DNA of 64,000 nt from an uncultured Eubacteriales bacterium. Its GTDB lineage: Bacteria; Bacillota; Clostridia; Christensenellales; DTU072. The stretch is from positions 3,165 through 67,164 of the forward strand of contig CACXFJ010000047.1 in assembly GCA_902766965.1 (NCBI GenBank), in the 5' to 3' direction. Every line of letters begins with the position of its first letter. Position 1 is the stretch's first letter. Of the stretch, positions 33,601-35,609 are shown one piece after another. Both the position numbers and the translations under genes were made by a program. The notes under the pieces were generated by a model. That model saw only the letters and a list, made by a program, of their open reading frames with translations, was not told the origin of the DNA and did no database searches.

Positions 33601-35609
33601 TAACTTACGACGCGTTCTATAAAGACGCTTTCGACGCCGACGCGATGGAATACGATACGTCAAGCCACAGTATGTTCGTCACCAACCCGTACTACTTCAT
33701 ACAGCAGGGCGGCGTCAAGATGCCCGACACCGTGTACGCTTACGTCACGACCAAAGCTCTGTTCGAAGAGTACAAAGAAATGACTAAATCGGTCAAGAAC
33801 GAGATTACCGGCAAGTACGATCCCGCGCACAGCGAAGAAGAGATAACCGCGTGGAAGGTAGCCAACGCCGGCAATATAAGAGCCTATAAAGTGGACGCTA
33901 ACTGGACCGGCGGCAGCAAGAACAGACTTAACGTAAACTTCTACGACGAAAGCATAAGCGGCGCGATGACCATGCCGATAGACGATCAGGTTTACAGAAC
34001 GAGCATGAGAGTTCAGCCGTGGTTGTTTAAGAACACCACCGACGCCATCACAGCGTTTGAAGACTCCACTCCGTACGGACCCGACGACATTATCCTGTTG
34101 CCGACTAAGTCGTATCTGACGTCCACGCTCGACCCCGACTTCTACGTCGAAGTAAGATATGCCGAAGAAGACGGACATCCCGTCTACGACGCGAACTACA
34201 CCTATATCGTTCACTTCAAAGTAAACGGAGAAGAGAAACAGGTCGAAATCAAGAACGTGGACGGCGGCGGAACCTACCGCGACAACTATAATAAGTGGTA
34301 CTTCGGAGCGGTTAAGTTCGGCGAAAGCGATCAATACGCTACGTTCAAACTCGGCGGAAAGGGCGGTCAGACGTTCAGATGGAGATTCAGCAGAACCTCG
34401 CAGAGAAAGTGGATTAACAGCAACATTCAGGACGTAATGGCGTTACGCGTGGGAGCCGACGGCGTAAATCTCGAAAAATCGTTGGTTCAGTACTTTGTCA
34501 ACGGCAACTCGACCAACCTTGAAAGTTCCGCACCGGCGTATATCCCCGTAGAATACACCAACTTGCGTAAGCCTGTGAACGACGACAGATACTCCACCGC
34601 AATAACAGGCGATCTTTCCGCAAAGGTAGTCAGCGCCGAACGCTCCACGCCCGCGACGGTACAGAGCCTCGACTTCGGCACCGAAAAAGACAAAGACGAC
34701 AACGACGTTCAGATAGTCAACAATTATCAGATAGCGTTGCTCGACTGGGCGGTGACGGGACGCCGCGCATATCCCTCTTCCAACGTGAAGATAGGCGGTA
34801 CGATAATCCTCAGCGGTTACGGCGCGGTTATGCCCAACTACGTCTACTCCTTGAAGACGAACAACGGATTCGGCGACATATTAGGAAATCTGTTCAAGAA
34901 CGAATCCAACGTCGGCTTTAACAGGTTCTTCGTGTCCGACCAGGGCGGCAATAACAAGCACGCCTTACTCGCGCCCAACACCGAAGAAATGGATCCGACC
35001 GACACCTTACCGTTATCTTACATCAACTCCAACGTGACGCTTGACGCAGGATATCAGTACGACGACAATATGTTGAGATCCATAAGCGCGGGACAGTATT
35101 ACGTCACCGAAGGATTGCACGAAGTAAGTTTAAGCACGGTACCTACCTTGTATATAAAGAAAGGCACCAAGTTCGCGGTTCATAACTTGCCGCTGTTCCA
35201 AGTAAATATGGCTTTCGCGGTAGAGACGAAGATACAGCTCCCGGGCGGTATAGGCGGAATTACCTTCAAGACCGAATACACCAAAGACAGCACCTACGCT
35301 TCGATGTTCATTCCGTGGTACAAAGCCAAAGTATATCAGGTGACGGGCAGCGACTTGAAGATTAACGGCAATACGGTCACCGCAAGCGGCGGCGTAAAAG
35401 AAGTGGAGCAGGGCGTAGCCGGCATTAACACCAACGTCAGCAACAAGATAAGATACGTCCTTTGCGCTCAGGTTTCGTTCAGAATGTCGACGATGAGCGA
35501 CGCGGAGAAGATTTATAAGAACAGACCTTCCACCGACGACGCGTATCCGCCCGACGGAGCGTACGACGACTTCACCTTCTACGTCTATACGATACTCCGC
35601 ATCAACTAA
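585..35609 (+). CDS. Giant cell-surface lipoprotein (11,674 aa), function unknown; modular beta-rich/helical N-terminal two thirds and an Ig-like adhesin-type C-terminal third
   Basis: A single ORF of 35,025 nt with no stop codon. It has a consensus promoter, an SD, an ATG start, a TAA stop at 35607-35609 and a terminator 9 nt downstream. The N-terminus MKPKNQESISRNGRKKSFFAYALMLLLVLALVFSIAAC has a basic n-region, a hydrophobic core and the lipobox I-A-A-C (Cys38). Codon usage looks uniform along its length and similar to the neighbouring genes. Confidence 0.97.
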   Translation: MKPKNQESISRNGRKKSFFAYALMLLLVLALVFSIAACSQRPDDSGSGGGGEIKPDANKEQVVNVENLSAREYIKTSVKNLGATYAADPKWLNIDFGITFSFNTYAKVDEKYTDDTVTAVDYNIVVKAAINLEDNAQSALFVEVTDIRSDKVKAGFYYYDATTYVDIGGKKYYAEQLNLSQLGGALLKVLKDKELDIVPLVGNLLGASLNMKGAEQIAGLLPTIWTILFSGDANIVYSAEKDGDMPKYQYINQYLNANIIFDMIMKKKIEIKPFFALDLTWEGIAGLLGMDLPNLDPLLRAFLGFGLEDIVNKKWPSMTVEIKAITELADVKQADNTTKKDYKFTGLAIDVRSETKEYDLNLKINPFKLNTSDSDEVKMNLAGYNFGASGKNSTYEKASFTNLELNLNLGVDAEKDEELTIDSLLGGFLDLGAVGSIPLRISGNSHYDFDVKIAASLDLFNNANNKAQATIKYCGAEVISLYLVPDLSLQEGSSVMFNTLYIDASNLTSNGKALMPQLRLPSLNITQILAGTPEVPGLLGKIMKYFDPYYAGTTSGTRPSNADEEEKGGLDVMKLLQLLLQTDEQGNLKCFTFPNDESKVFGLKFDNAGINTLLGMFKPGLSLGVYGVGLSLDLADIFNSIRLKLDVTEDMNVHVGFGKTNQDGTYTTGISYFKAPVFDMDAVGCDSNGDVPSDGVEKAEALRGEYRSMAGALEYGATITGDFKIGSNADTEIDLSAIVGAFVKNVLVGLGIETGSELHIGYEIKAGVNLLRLSELGLIIDLYLLDDEGKKVYGFPFLTLYYSGTDDTLYINPRVDEEADMVTQLHDKLGFTKIIDGKIPKLSIPDIGLAKILGKIKFDFSKIGSIIGANADFNLSLNADGTVEFGKGLDEEDMQKTLLHMLADTVVLNADGNGSAGGSSLDIMGLIGKAIEEISVKDGRLGVIVNAEVLSAVVALTSLDITGDLPKVNGNLFLHLGTQIAYDANDNQLYEYTYYNAEGVKEKKVFSYRYNEDGRLFIYDENGNLTDWNIDMNKIVPHFVDKNYLTAYIGIVDSDTGKKDALYVGLNLIEGISMKKGSDLEFIGGHSPATYTSLSEWVKNLVISVNVELEIKFAAGSPELIPEKLNATIGKMLREIMGTAENSEEFLDVLIKSVALKIDNDYFYNTGLDVGIAIKGNININNIFESNVGVVLFDKSAPDASGYIASDGRGYTVIAGVYVDDNKGYVDFSYFGVNNIAVSDLEGTYVGAIALVWNSTYNKTSDTRIKPEDAYNSKRNFMDYVMKETVLNYFFDTFYVRHGYASRYPTSSYKYLLNDDGYIYLYFADAFGNNFDYTDKSCDISLKNSTRTYEIDNNGTITIRNATGEVYASISPYITTDGTPLRISVAEEEEKMRLDQWEADDRNQEPRTRYVDLNDLLASKSNSAYKKMLADYAAKYDSVRNREGISGQLYTLLETEYANTVAEIKNYLRAVIKVDSYVTIQRQQDVALIDFLKTDETTDTGKGKTYAEMYGGKTNSQIRASEDYVRLFPEWVEKAVEKQVESEYTARKVTETELKAVTCFRIKNNLLFRAELDAIKEEQQPKSADSKTVEEFRKSLTPNLNSDFRVPAVGENADVSNPNRVALQILFNSGKVSVELSAATISAVLTMLGFEKVNDFVTLDNIKLGLNLNDGIELALSVAFGGTYEFGLGLTKLRASVDPDKREEYSVSVNTDRYNPENTTDGVPNAVHVSASGSIYIKNDTGKAGLRLSNDYDITDMIGTLFSNSDFKKTDLDAIYAGIVEENSGTDMTVTAMKAAAWRKLDGTELSKNQRDEMATRYASAVKDIKANKNNVEEWKSWVEGDDNYYAMAWDYLVKNSIIVDLNDLAMSIMAQFMGEMNDSLEFKVDAWLEFASIYSSILKIELIRHTYSETDGQIHDEAVLTLFYDGSKVPVGERQFSGDVYVSTNIFNIGNVVLKDVTAVINGVMEIFDSSFMSSLNDAIDKFLGLNKSDNSSSSASFASDRASDADGASYADGESGDDLATYLNLMFRDGSLGIAVTKATLISVIRIFGIDLTEALSELDFGLEVLIGFKGALDVSANIYLDAEGNVTEKGNHATEIGVTIGNINASFEENIITDEDRNKTYEEVEKFTTVGLQWGGLTSFAMSDVYRNFNFDYAIKMFANYWLDGRDWGVGGQIDIADGDIFKQATYFSINANVNLTTVKDLKNIELFLNLTSEKNYKLYEKLAPRRKSLTTLLKACGGEKDAAWRQLVKDLQNSAPGSGYDPDGNLYTKETQVLDDYLCYRLMLDIQTEIRSSGKYLTETDQFIACWNKLYGLSGDFYLGNALSFYVTLDAEGVADVYLNLGFLGVERIKLSNVSQILIALAKGFGFDWGKITGRSGNAASNAASNAPGQDLTSAIAREILLTINTEQGKDLLMLKVTGGAIYALVAALGVDIEGYFNKYTPNLYLSALGKDLVELNIELENLFNLSVAINYPNFMLTDGMELVINEDAYTVIDKEWNTDFKIFFEGSLALGAKGADTATSPDDITSINFGDLLRGLLKNESFAVDVILKALETVGADLSFYLEAKANITQLYMLMTLLTADESTLTDAQKEAKKALYGENGKIDVLKVLSSSGVEMFLEIVNRRADSVNAGCIKEDLVVGIYLIKETSPDGLSEYLSLYVDMSAFHMGRIKVADFESTANALIKRIGELFGKSDTDGEKTDSETGKTGSETGDTTANADVNEIDAEFTKGAFAKGTEIYDFVRYVVWMKSTAENSKGNPDKIPSDLFLTEARMNELLSEIGKERTDGPANAPALYADGEPLSDFIHGIVGNTYGLTVSAAANVLVKLLNEAFNDEKSRFSRSFLSYVDDLYNGDKEEEILERKMILSRMNDILIANEWVEGDTSDENNRRKANAWEALLDSNTLGEYYSVKAMEIYNELAASNPSDADVRPAAWDKLTALVKADIEAIQATLDDLSAKTAFRDVIAKEYTDYYVSGIALDSYVNAMNIKLDALSTAYEQAAEAVDKMSGISESAKQANIERFAYEYFVGRFNWSTAEREAYIGVYNAKFTESGGSVLTASSEAWKAIRGMINNEYENLLSALRYVNSYAYNEFGLKTTGNQTLNGSEEDFIRENNVFIIADGRYSRYAEAVSHTYKAMAWKYLVSNKAIDAEAADGYYTAAVNTYVRNARNLLTFLEYRYAAWKYLNADAKRILATTEDGNKFVVRATTAEDGTVTWYKTEITEQYLVTLEDYYDKSYSEIPQLIVDAANKEGVLTIGFLYDGSIANVSAEIANLYLKVNFVKAGIKIADSDLSRTRLHYVYNDYDEVTGQEEVTEAVNDENLRKTNGEFSLLDENFGYVYAKLDVEFGLNMEDDVQYDFTELVNSLLAKLGLNLNIKGQTLQIAPVLSILSTVGDYFRISLEARVNLFRLVKKDLSDTDISLTVYSLDANGKVKETVLQLVFGAGREEDGTEYDFVYVDAHRFNIQRLYIKNALEQIKKLLGNANASYAVYHDIHNGGSIAKVVMAAMIADVLAVDDGDYSDTIFGAFPSYADGNGGNNPEVDINLAKYGMSVQLAANAIYTLLTFLGMGDVKSMISKVGSPEIALDIFSVANYGKDGTVLKDYDDGDRNLIAVRLNFDSVNENGVSTGRGIGLELAIRNMELSFAQDKRIDFNENEVLKRDENGDPVDFAEVDGMLPKIALKTTILLEIDAGVTNGTNLYQEPVNTIMKNYLGGLVMDIALYIANKQKITVAVDIEASLDLGNGEDNNYLAHLIFGSSLRVALRIFRVGDKVSTDQKKEWAVITYFGGNLYIDLSELNSDKLYLADAGKLIFGNGKDKQSQAMFAAFDALNAAIGAVKLGVDAEINSSGLYLIVKKAAIASMLKVFGFGGFDMFPDAAIQLYVKGMKVEDGVNTFDMGVNLALGENLVTGSTELNPILGLGMSIKGLYVGFSGLDIQVSDSAEYIRIDRLDTVYFSTEIIINVTDEKGIYKLGGLLQVLKENGYFDLAATLGIDTAIDPIIEFLESLDSKLYVKIDLTVNVKKIIDDLQAKISIYTKAPEERAENESPVLSFAYIRGDVYVDAEGISNSDNFYLGKVKISNLMDIIKSLTGSGASGDAKNTYENIKAYEQLFSKESSSFADVSDKVSGTINIIGDVVKGLTVELVNGAIFGILKQLVGVDMKELITNVETMVNSVIDPYLGITITPSMTIRITIGLPSKAYNVSESVIAVPKSMENAINNWYSDRKDSLIYPDDAWNKLFEGSLLYDLYNVSGSVKADKVKEWISLGLPDISAVYAEMRLRFSKMSDNQIYTLTYDYMIGEIYGNDSLAAAYGYDFASDKVIDNVTKRSEKLYAFYNDYLKTVAFDSFYAAADDTVKSVLDSMLTIYSGSKVAVYDAYVVSTESGADDLRNLYEKDVHKEKIDEMKSSVGHEAVVYMNLIKGIMNATFAMEDAWISYVSDQIKYTSGSDKTKIYLAKYDELYAVQRAYAWDAFMAKAIEDKDYVKVAMMESAFNYAVGKYKTATEQELKAYAYDKYRKDLIEDSTIYEKALIADDESILKTVVINGMRLYKYRAESEDISSVGVTKDDITDMIAIIEAIISGIQSYSVKNTVILNEYQEAELAYDIIFSSSDALNAISELFSGNSTEVLRTIRGYAIDALRKSDVERITNQIVASPDETESDKTELLSALIGRYADRFEKIRGRSAEQLAIEDYADGKSFRADAWNNLISLEYKSILPENAVILSVENGAKNSGYAISEENNGYEVNPSVYFANNYNVNIENDMLKLSLVYAELKARANDKTKFIEAENYADDSDNIGNVISICANSGYGKDGYLVEFYRTARRLARYLYLTGATLSAEAVETVKAVGANNYGVISCEAYYDGFASYKGESAARYGEIATALGIVKDMYDTLKEEEAKLNKSVRKDINDSVKSIMPAREITTDNLAEAKTNGEIVDGKGMPLYQTYLALVMFKTKYAGDASIIAAFDYAEQYSSLGLNEFVAAIYGRFVKICVSENLKKELEQTITAFNGGNYSALTAEAWKAFNFDGDVYDNDRNVVEIKERVAFISKLFDRITDEEYAKRSAWGAWYRLSSTAARIEEMDNMLRAKVFEELYPSIKNLLTEIIVGNANTVIKDGMSVIGVSAKTYETVNIISYNEYFENLKRETEALYATLKNYDKELTAASVAAENELTIEFESSATDVQKASIMKKVYDEIAANSSAYAASVAVTWAESYVEARKALINVDRQQYSNLMYDRLPDADKNKYISDIFAVFNAAVELTINKYANVTETVLLGDAKTNFNSLIEEYVSAHVSDVESARSTYEYEINYIKAWNKYFAIAENAGKTKEDFENDMSALDGGIEEYLGSEYTNVPYTVPTYPADASTATTIKGLKTLWDSAVAADKQIRKDALKFKYDTYAYNNDAGITLAEYNAGIKAVDNENYSERNYVMYAYLNRYGDLVRKPGETEYGFYNRKIVGLRVLENDAKINESSRTVIIENSGEYRTAALAWENLFKDNETSIDRKTLLTAVYNFCLDEWYSSDATLVGYRNDIYSVYYDTAIKVFDALFAAGHITSLFGGTDAKVEYNDYMAKFDELKAAVSALGSSAEQTDKDTVGLYEKNRTDVLLTPTAKNKAILIEKIYESYVAGRLSAGVVSDFDSVLTGYGAAFENKVYETAYEYFTVHIYSERNGVIYDEFRTKIAALYDEYVTVAIALLKQIYFEITGSELNVNTITAAASAFSGFVIPGEYSRFVAFVNVFADETAKFTEGGVLSKDGKLKTLATVVKENGALSGNDAVVNKMTEIRKAFVTFVRDNYVNFGATENMFVTLSKYYESFAALSKEYSALFTTAETAAKRAETKNLIAGYGYDVSGASDAYIDMLSVVFMAGSGNIGGINRIYRQKFDSYAKDVNSAVYLTITEVAFRNALAANYDDIAAAIKANDPLLKPFVEGQGIDSTSTAQEKALALIALSDEIESYLASGKTLSEVTSAKYAETRSAVLSLTEPEKYLTSAIWNKYYSFNASEKIKNALALKETLAAGSVGDVTDYLTFVEMSDILKEYLSYKQSQAIVDLVATLEDSFTITKSFDQIYKNALKSAEALADFTLSLGISGKDTSILFDIKRYQEDETGTSVSLIKDVLTDEEKAEYTEYSELTLRVNVNASLGINFDEGRLDINPLLNLINLPIKLSELDIDFLAEHTLYATIVGQLGINFEALLSGDKDRINSSIVGELALTYYLIDHDTNGENTRFEQVLMHIWLYGPNIYAQVELFDSHVSAKIPFALGEKIMSKVKPSSGEEGGENNGNASSAAVIKALNTAVMSAYHGVSREEAENMLNPFEQLYSVVNNADSSLTDVLEVLLRIGTKETALLLTVDILAELVKVIFKEETLSSDLEDLVNLAFTEGKLAIEYGDDFGLSFSIRKNAEEGSDKIGYDAELALLRNTVVSLDRAKYDSLYGSIDELYKNGFFEDFFALGLNVDTSATLNEILASIIGARTTVSFSIYLESNVLKSILDWSDLFSVQEIETFFQLKILKNANGRIRLDIGLDIDLEKTAFDFYISGYNGDNTNIFNIYFVGGLLNHDGEGTGTLDPKIYVDCGDGLHDKLLLTPQMGYNLFNINLVNIFFYLMNSDSRYEIDMSNAADLRNAPSFDALIDDMDWSDVIEGLTFGKGTVGIRLATTIVNAFLQALFGFEFAELGNIKLKLDNVNNTLFLTIPLDAPVYDENGNVVNTSKIDFGFGLSDINVRLGQRENFFGENISDKFSTGYEPLDNYVWVTEVNSSFHINDDFNTALDLSGLTASLINGLGFNIKSGDALDVEILFALRTYIDFSDISKLRFELEVSHGDGNGSVVQRILSVKYVGTEDGGTVYLDLSGLGLPKISLSNVNLGKLVKDILKKIETGLSNDEKEITPKQADGTVGNDITDAEKRAQRYRDIADMEFGQNMLMLIYSDEEASIAITGALLLTLVGNLNDVLGGILPDVLLNIPTFSYVKIGRDDADKVNGIQLVLDENKQFSIRYNFDKSYSHLKPRAKLDEVTDMTIVSDADKDEYTSIDKLKNMHIGLNLDLTLQTKNPGSGEKSDVISGFEDMLEKILGLQADTILFDLQDTTMTFSIGLDLGIDLTDFAKSVLKLEITYNDEVMIGLYYIDGVVYADLGTLGLFRASISGIDLAAMIMSMLSGTDFEAMITTDGIDVAGLVGGILDAEKLNEGVKGSTVKSSTFIKPETKGSALTDFDSAMQKVASGTLNSGYTTKQIGVIAGAMTDNKIKTLSGLTAEQNRALYDYVLGGKSIAEFIISSAATDYLYYGEKTRVANAISALITSAQSTLKGMTSAQVSDAIADSTASGKTYKGFGVKQLKFIYDVLEEEKLASVDKMSASLKSKIASDYAEKKADVINEVLFATEKDMVKAVEDFVANMVKSFEGATSDILKAVASGMTASGLDFLEMKGSHYDAEGNSESNVTARKRAFVEKTVDSYSADYVNVKYGITDSEKEQLKAKTLAHFGIYNKSGSSVSGTTGNNVVGKPVVNLILTNTEIKINPNAATLGLIVGMLMPGKNLSVPDFKRMELVLNTYDGLSNINFNLALDSYGNKVALSVPTGGLTFAFNEGVGELAGGKDKPFTEMFDLPDVSSYGGLTGVSLNGGGLNLNTTALVNSLLDGIFIDDLTIYLEHRTDYWSRKDLFAKYPKVDATGPFTYADNDDGYLGNDAAALSGIMKVLNVINKIYNLINVKKWYQYFTGGKGLFDAVTNTKNKPVFTRNQYARGKLLAYKSVTNVINADISTPSYKQGNISAHIDHHQIFVSIGMSLTIKIYITLDLSSFLNGSNEGVESKGLNLSNIMGMVLFPDSMFASENAANGTGRFYGRVTDTDGNPVKEATVTISNGTGDYQTRTTDADGYYYFLNLPVTEHIYGEYNIYKLEKWLKENGFYNESTKTYTKEEINYDGKDYRLIDGVYYNLGDRTAISVSKDGCSAFYERDIFVLPKETNTAIKRDVVLVDAAKTGEVPKDVTFKGKSYYKDGENLVPFGGASLVYNGGNGLTVSSVLSDGNGIGSYEMTVKVYDSIRQYYEDNHLSTLAHNITANMSGYNLVGYRLSGDDTIITADGLNSTLNDVIRRGNSGMNIGLDMIFERTDIVTTTIVGKILVPKERGSSEMVVPEPGTYQLWVSVGGRTSGVIDYYDLAPDDFSVAVDRDGNFSFTGKELALENIGASSYIIKFRSKIYQNLNLVADANGNATDTFGNMKVLDTFNGKVASYYVTLSPIYREKHWSEEVTGISEGENISSIGQLLSRVRIRLGADKLDGEVHGDGDNGVQDHDHSYQDDVSNLIYEGSNATDRYNTYTYIEAWLNSGKINDILAGVESIILGMMGVTGIAPGQTLSAQDISRGGTTTDADFRLDQYSEFDIINKGEAELKKGFVKRYKGRYNENDIRIFDKIYVDKGAYYQAMHSALAKMSAGLVHFVLTMVFDSTGLATMEALGVHLTDLIAFAILDPTAFEALNAIKMLGAIPGVGIVFTILGTVAGALGSILSTIGTQLGAIIGELATIFSCLLPIQLGYNMFDTVDLADSPLQAAGFTPDYFTDKTYSTPVDVGGQYVTMYRDARTYDMSTYAKITLNQGNNGGYLDRISLFINSASYNAASEISDNVDSGNRMGEYTAMQQGDWKYEYWKNNGRVGNYYHEVVNYVKEEIYTKIEDKNYSGEYYYHDLDNNKYVISSSATEDGNYELDGDTGEKVKYSREVIDTTEVESREVTYATDPSAKYGIKSVDVKSMQVVKNGVTDEANERFMNDWIKRTNVNSYAVVDDYYIDPATNKRVVYNRVFIYDDEQNVKEDMYQEIEIKNNGIDIRQVKDAFTGTFKNVSYDKVTKLWTDEVVAPPTKITFWDPFDLTDFTMEGGTWANSAGYQGVRRNTDPSITVDKVLPNRYMASFADGNSSGTNGMNIYWDVSALNLTAAGVEKDYLKGYVGNGTYAKIKVEVKPFTVDIVSAKAQIIKQVSDNLVIDPYTFNAEEFVAGLPSFFYYDYESGTGTETRRKTYLFNELKWSLDYTVKDGIKKYDSLDYVTEDFESYINLTFRAYEAVRDADNEDKWTDAEGNTPYTTVKIPLKVKNNEVKYVESAVNNSIGGIVSVGMPSGYNGMITFNPLNNRDPYSSLYYLESFDAAVKKDGSVIKDWAIIPNSFESITQNGKNLANYDNSFSREQSYAVSYKITDGTGYVQTMYIYVKILSSNILAGQSYYLKGSDKVFIENNRNLYPYAATESYDGEIANSYASGDVLARLYLSDNINVVYESGYEERVALGETKETKKQIYVVYDEESGKFVAKGATVVSGRDFSYRIPYLNYADGGKKTVEAVIGQHGYARWELDDVFTDIVLGRLDVSYTLNKAKAIAYDTLYAGLNRYDKLSLSRILVAENNNKAKAWDVWYNNYADKTKDTYSVNDVLKLDVMLTDAKLSFVTISYATAQSLAYERLLVDNTSASTDSNKISVTELREMFAEVKANNINKSTVEQQALTFAKWYKERTRHELSIERTVMERSAEATGSVNVSPDKEVTEDNVLDFIPSGVSIGYKGVTSDDGEYKMITTDVTWIVDKKELVEKMSYNGAIISAEALLKDELFGNQVLRSVGMRINQLKVSGIVSMFEEGDLPDVSAYDEKTIDSFLSTYYSADTLGVRAYAFAISIEGADKIVRINTESGMDNAVWELATSDSYYEGTTNRKILWQYAEDTDGDGNYDNDGISYNPRKGAHKIRVWVQSKNYNSVNVTGGKWQYAVEIDFTDIKHAFQGSDDVASLVSFSKLVDETVTDIVKVRVDGDETKASVKYNANTGRYAIAFNPSQVKIDESSLVEFDVDLGGTKYDANGKRVSNWMPATIGLDDNDEFYKLKKFDTTATFGTRTNNVQNVNVTLINKAEYVFDEVAEVVYKRDGKVVDFDKQIATSLDDLAAILPNTASVSGTMDGVYEQVELPVSWSSIEEYGLNGRTSDGKYPTARALIGDRTFGYIPDRTVQLKLGAESEIVVSGIPDVINVDPYGNEDLEWMRKEYSVATVTSRVRDVDGTERKVTKTVDVKIAMEDVDLVDYRENNFVRSEYSVRFALGHTVTSARTDSGKFDVRYEVRKTVILRDRSITDMYIAKFNGIADGKAVWSEIEYITADVFERVGTNDFAYEIRVNPAESTIDAVRAKLGDKYNGLTTVYAYDESIKSGVEYEIKEPKYGCFIVYGSGTEATYVSDVTFEGVEDIVYTANGGFYTDVVKAVIGKGELKQTVPVTVNVKRALVTGIKLLPYEYSAGEEYSPAGTNGGTYVPVQTDSDGKVTRLVIEPFLGFSNLPAKVIAVVDIGGGEIAYRTVSAEWDGSLVTANMSIKGGEFNVGSTANVAYVTVYAGSDGERAGEQTIELSVTVPDRTVFYYEVSYDGENYKPLNDLVYGKKANAANYTNELLLNPYDMRNALLDAYAERKGLDKSINDVYNSSSKVYDTEFCKTDAAGNTVDNADFTFFRYVRIVCEDGYVREYKLDAKNYVAFSKANVKDFYSGGRSVKIDLRVGEKYSSDNNGTYAPDAAVLNVAPNKETEGGEFEEFLSVRVLDMTYGSGLEKDIYYIDPYGVLGATGKSGITFESKVVYPEDTVRNVKIVGKDSDKYFIDDGARTDIATYVFEEVNYDGSAINYKWFDIVSIDPATGKFTLKERKRNDGRIKYGSGVGKLAVTFGSDRDNSFAGTQVFNIPVVYVDRTVESLGFNGENAPYFKTLTLSNGTVEQGFEFDPFVTYNASVNGFGDSEQGFLKHGQYGTKLTFKNNDIDRIFGGRQGSTFEYDLTMDQGNDIRIGVTFEDKELKWRYTGGEFDIKARLGSGDNYQEIPVTVKLLSRRVDAKRAGTINGFSSDIFKSGVDLTTKVKAYDYIGYSNVEAKLISDYFVNGHVTFKVYFEDFDEPIEYTMNTVAASDGKYVLTDSELNYVENETVYNNGVRMAFTMDTTETISYRGGKLTFAMTIPGYGMGKNGQQQATVSIEMEEQYVIYANPADENSGEEITYDAFYKDAFDADAMEYDTSSHSMFVTNPYYFIQQGGVKMPDTVYAYVTTKALFEEYKEMTKSVKNEITGKYDPAHSEEEITAWKVANAGNIRAYKVDANWTGGSKNRLNVNFYDESISGAMTMPIDDQVYRTSMRVQPWLFKNTTDAITAFEDSTPYGPDDIILLPTKSYLTSTLDPDFYVEVRYAEEDGHPVYDANYTYIVHFKVNGEEKQVEIKNVDGGGTYRDNYNKWYFGAVKFGESDQYATFKLGGKGGQTFRWRFSRTSQRKWINSNIQDVMALRVGADGVNLEKSLVQYFVNGNSTNLESSAPAYIPVEYTNLRKPVNDDRYSTAITGDLSAKVVSAERSTPATVQSLDFGTEKDKDDNDVQIVNNYQIALLDWAVTGRRAYPSSNVKIGGTIILSGYGAVMPNYVYSLKTNNGFGDILGNLFKNESNVGFNRFFVSDQGGNNKHALLAPNTEEMDPTDTLPLSYINSNVTLDAGYQYDDNMLRSISAGQYYVTEGLHEVSLSTVPTLYIKKGTKFAVHNLPLFQVNMAFAVETKIQLPGGIGGITFKTEYTKDSTYASMFIPWYKAKVYQVTGSDLKINGNTVTASGGVKEVEQGVAGINTNVSNKIRYVLCAQVSFRMSTMSDAEKIYKNRPSTDDAYPPDGAYDDFTFYVYTILRIN
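7728..7759 (+). repeat. In-frame 12-nt tandem repeat (aacgccgcctcc x2.7) encoding NAAS-NAAS-NA
   Basis: Read directly: 7728-7739 and 7740-7751 are identical, and a partial third copy lies at 7752-7759. Confidence 0.9.
8697..8738 (+). repeat. In-frame 21-nt tandem repeat (2 copies, 18/21 identical) encoding TDSETGK-TGSETGD
   Basis: acggattccgaaaccggcaaa followed by acgggttccgaaaccggcgat, read directly from the sequence. Confidence 0.85.
13260..18850 (+). other. Ala/Tyr/Trp/Glu/Lys-rich, probably alpha-helical insertion of about 1,860 aa within one module of the giant protein
   Basis: The region lies between the helix motif at about 13023 and the next module anchor at about 19322. The beta-type alternating hydrophobic pattern disappears here. 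It is replaced by a helical-looking sequence with recurrent AWxx[LFY] and AYxxY motifs (AWNKLF, AWDAFMAK, AWNNLISL, AWKAFNF, AWYRLS, AWNKYF, AWENLF, IWNKYY). Secondary structure was not computed. Confidence 0.5.
24114..25140 (+). other. Three Cna-B / carboxypeptidase-regulatory-like beta-sandwich modules in the giant protein
   Basis: GRFYGRVTDTDGNPVKEATVTISNGTGDYQTRTTDADGYYYFLNLPV is the classic G-x-V-x-D-x-x-G-x-P-V-x-x-A-x-V ... T-D-x-x-G-x-Y pattern. Weaker copies are VTFKGKSYYKDGENLVPFGGASLVYNGG...SDGNGIGSYEMTV and IVGKILVPKERGSS...GTYQLWVSVGG...DRDGNFSFTG. Confidence 0.55.
25890..26210 (+). other. Hydrophobic glycine-zipper segment (candidate membrane-inserting helical hairpin) inside the giant protein
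   Basis: GLVHFVLTMVF...LIAFAILDP...GAIPGVGIVFTILGTVAGALGSILSTIGTQLGAIIGELATIFSCLLPIQLG. This is the only long uncharged hydrophobic stretch after the signal peptide, and its Gly residues are spaced 3-4 or 7 residues apart. Confidence 0.5.
27160..35400 (+). other. C-terminal array of diverged Ig-like/beta-sandwich modules (adhesin-like) of the giant protein
   Basis: Modules of about 90-130 aa recur. Each has an early conserved Trp and ends in alternating strands. Examples are IYWDVSALNLTAAG...AKIKVEVKPFTV, VTWIVDKKELVEKMSYNG...VGMRINQLKV, VSWSSIEEYGLNG...RTVQLKLG, AEWDGSLVTANMSIKGG...QTIELSVTVPDRTV and LKWRYTGGEFDIKARLG...IPVTVKLL. The fold assignment is inference. Confidence 0.5.
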
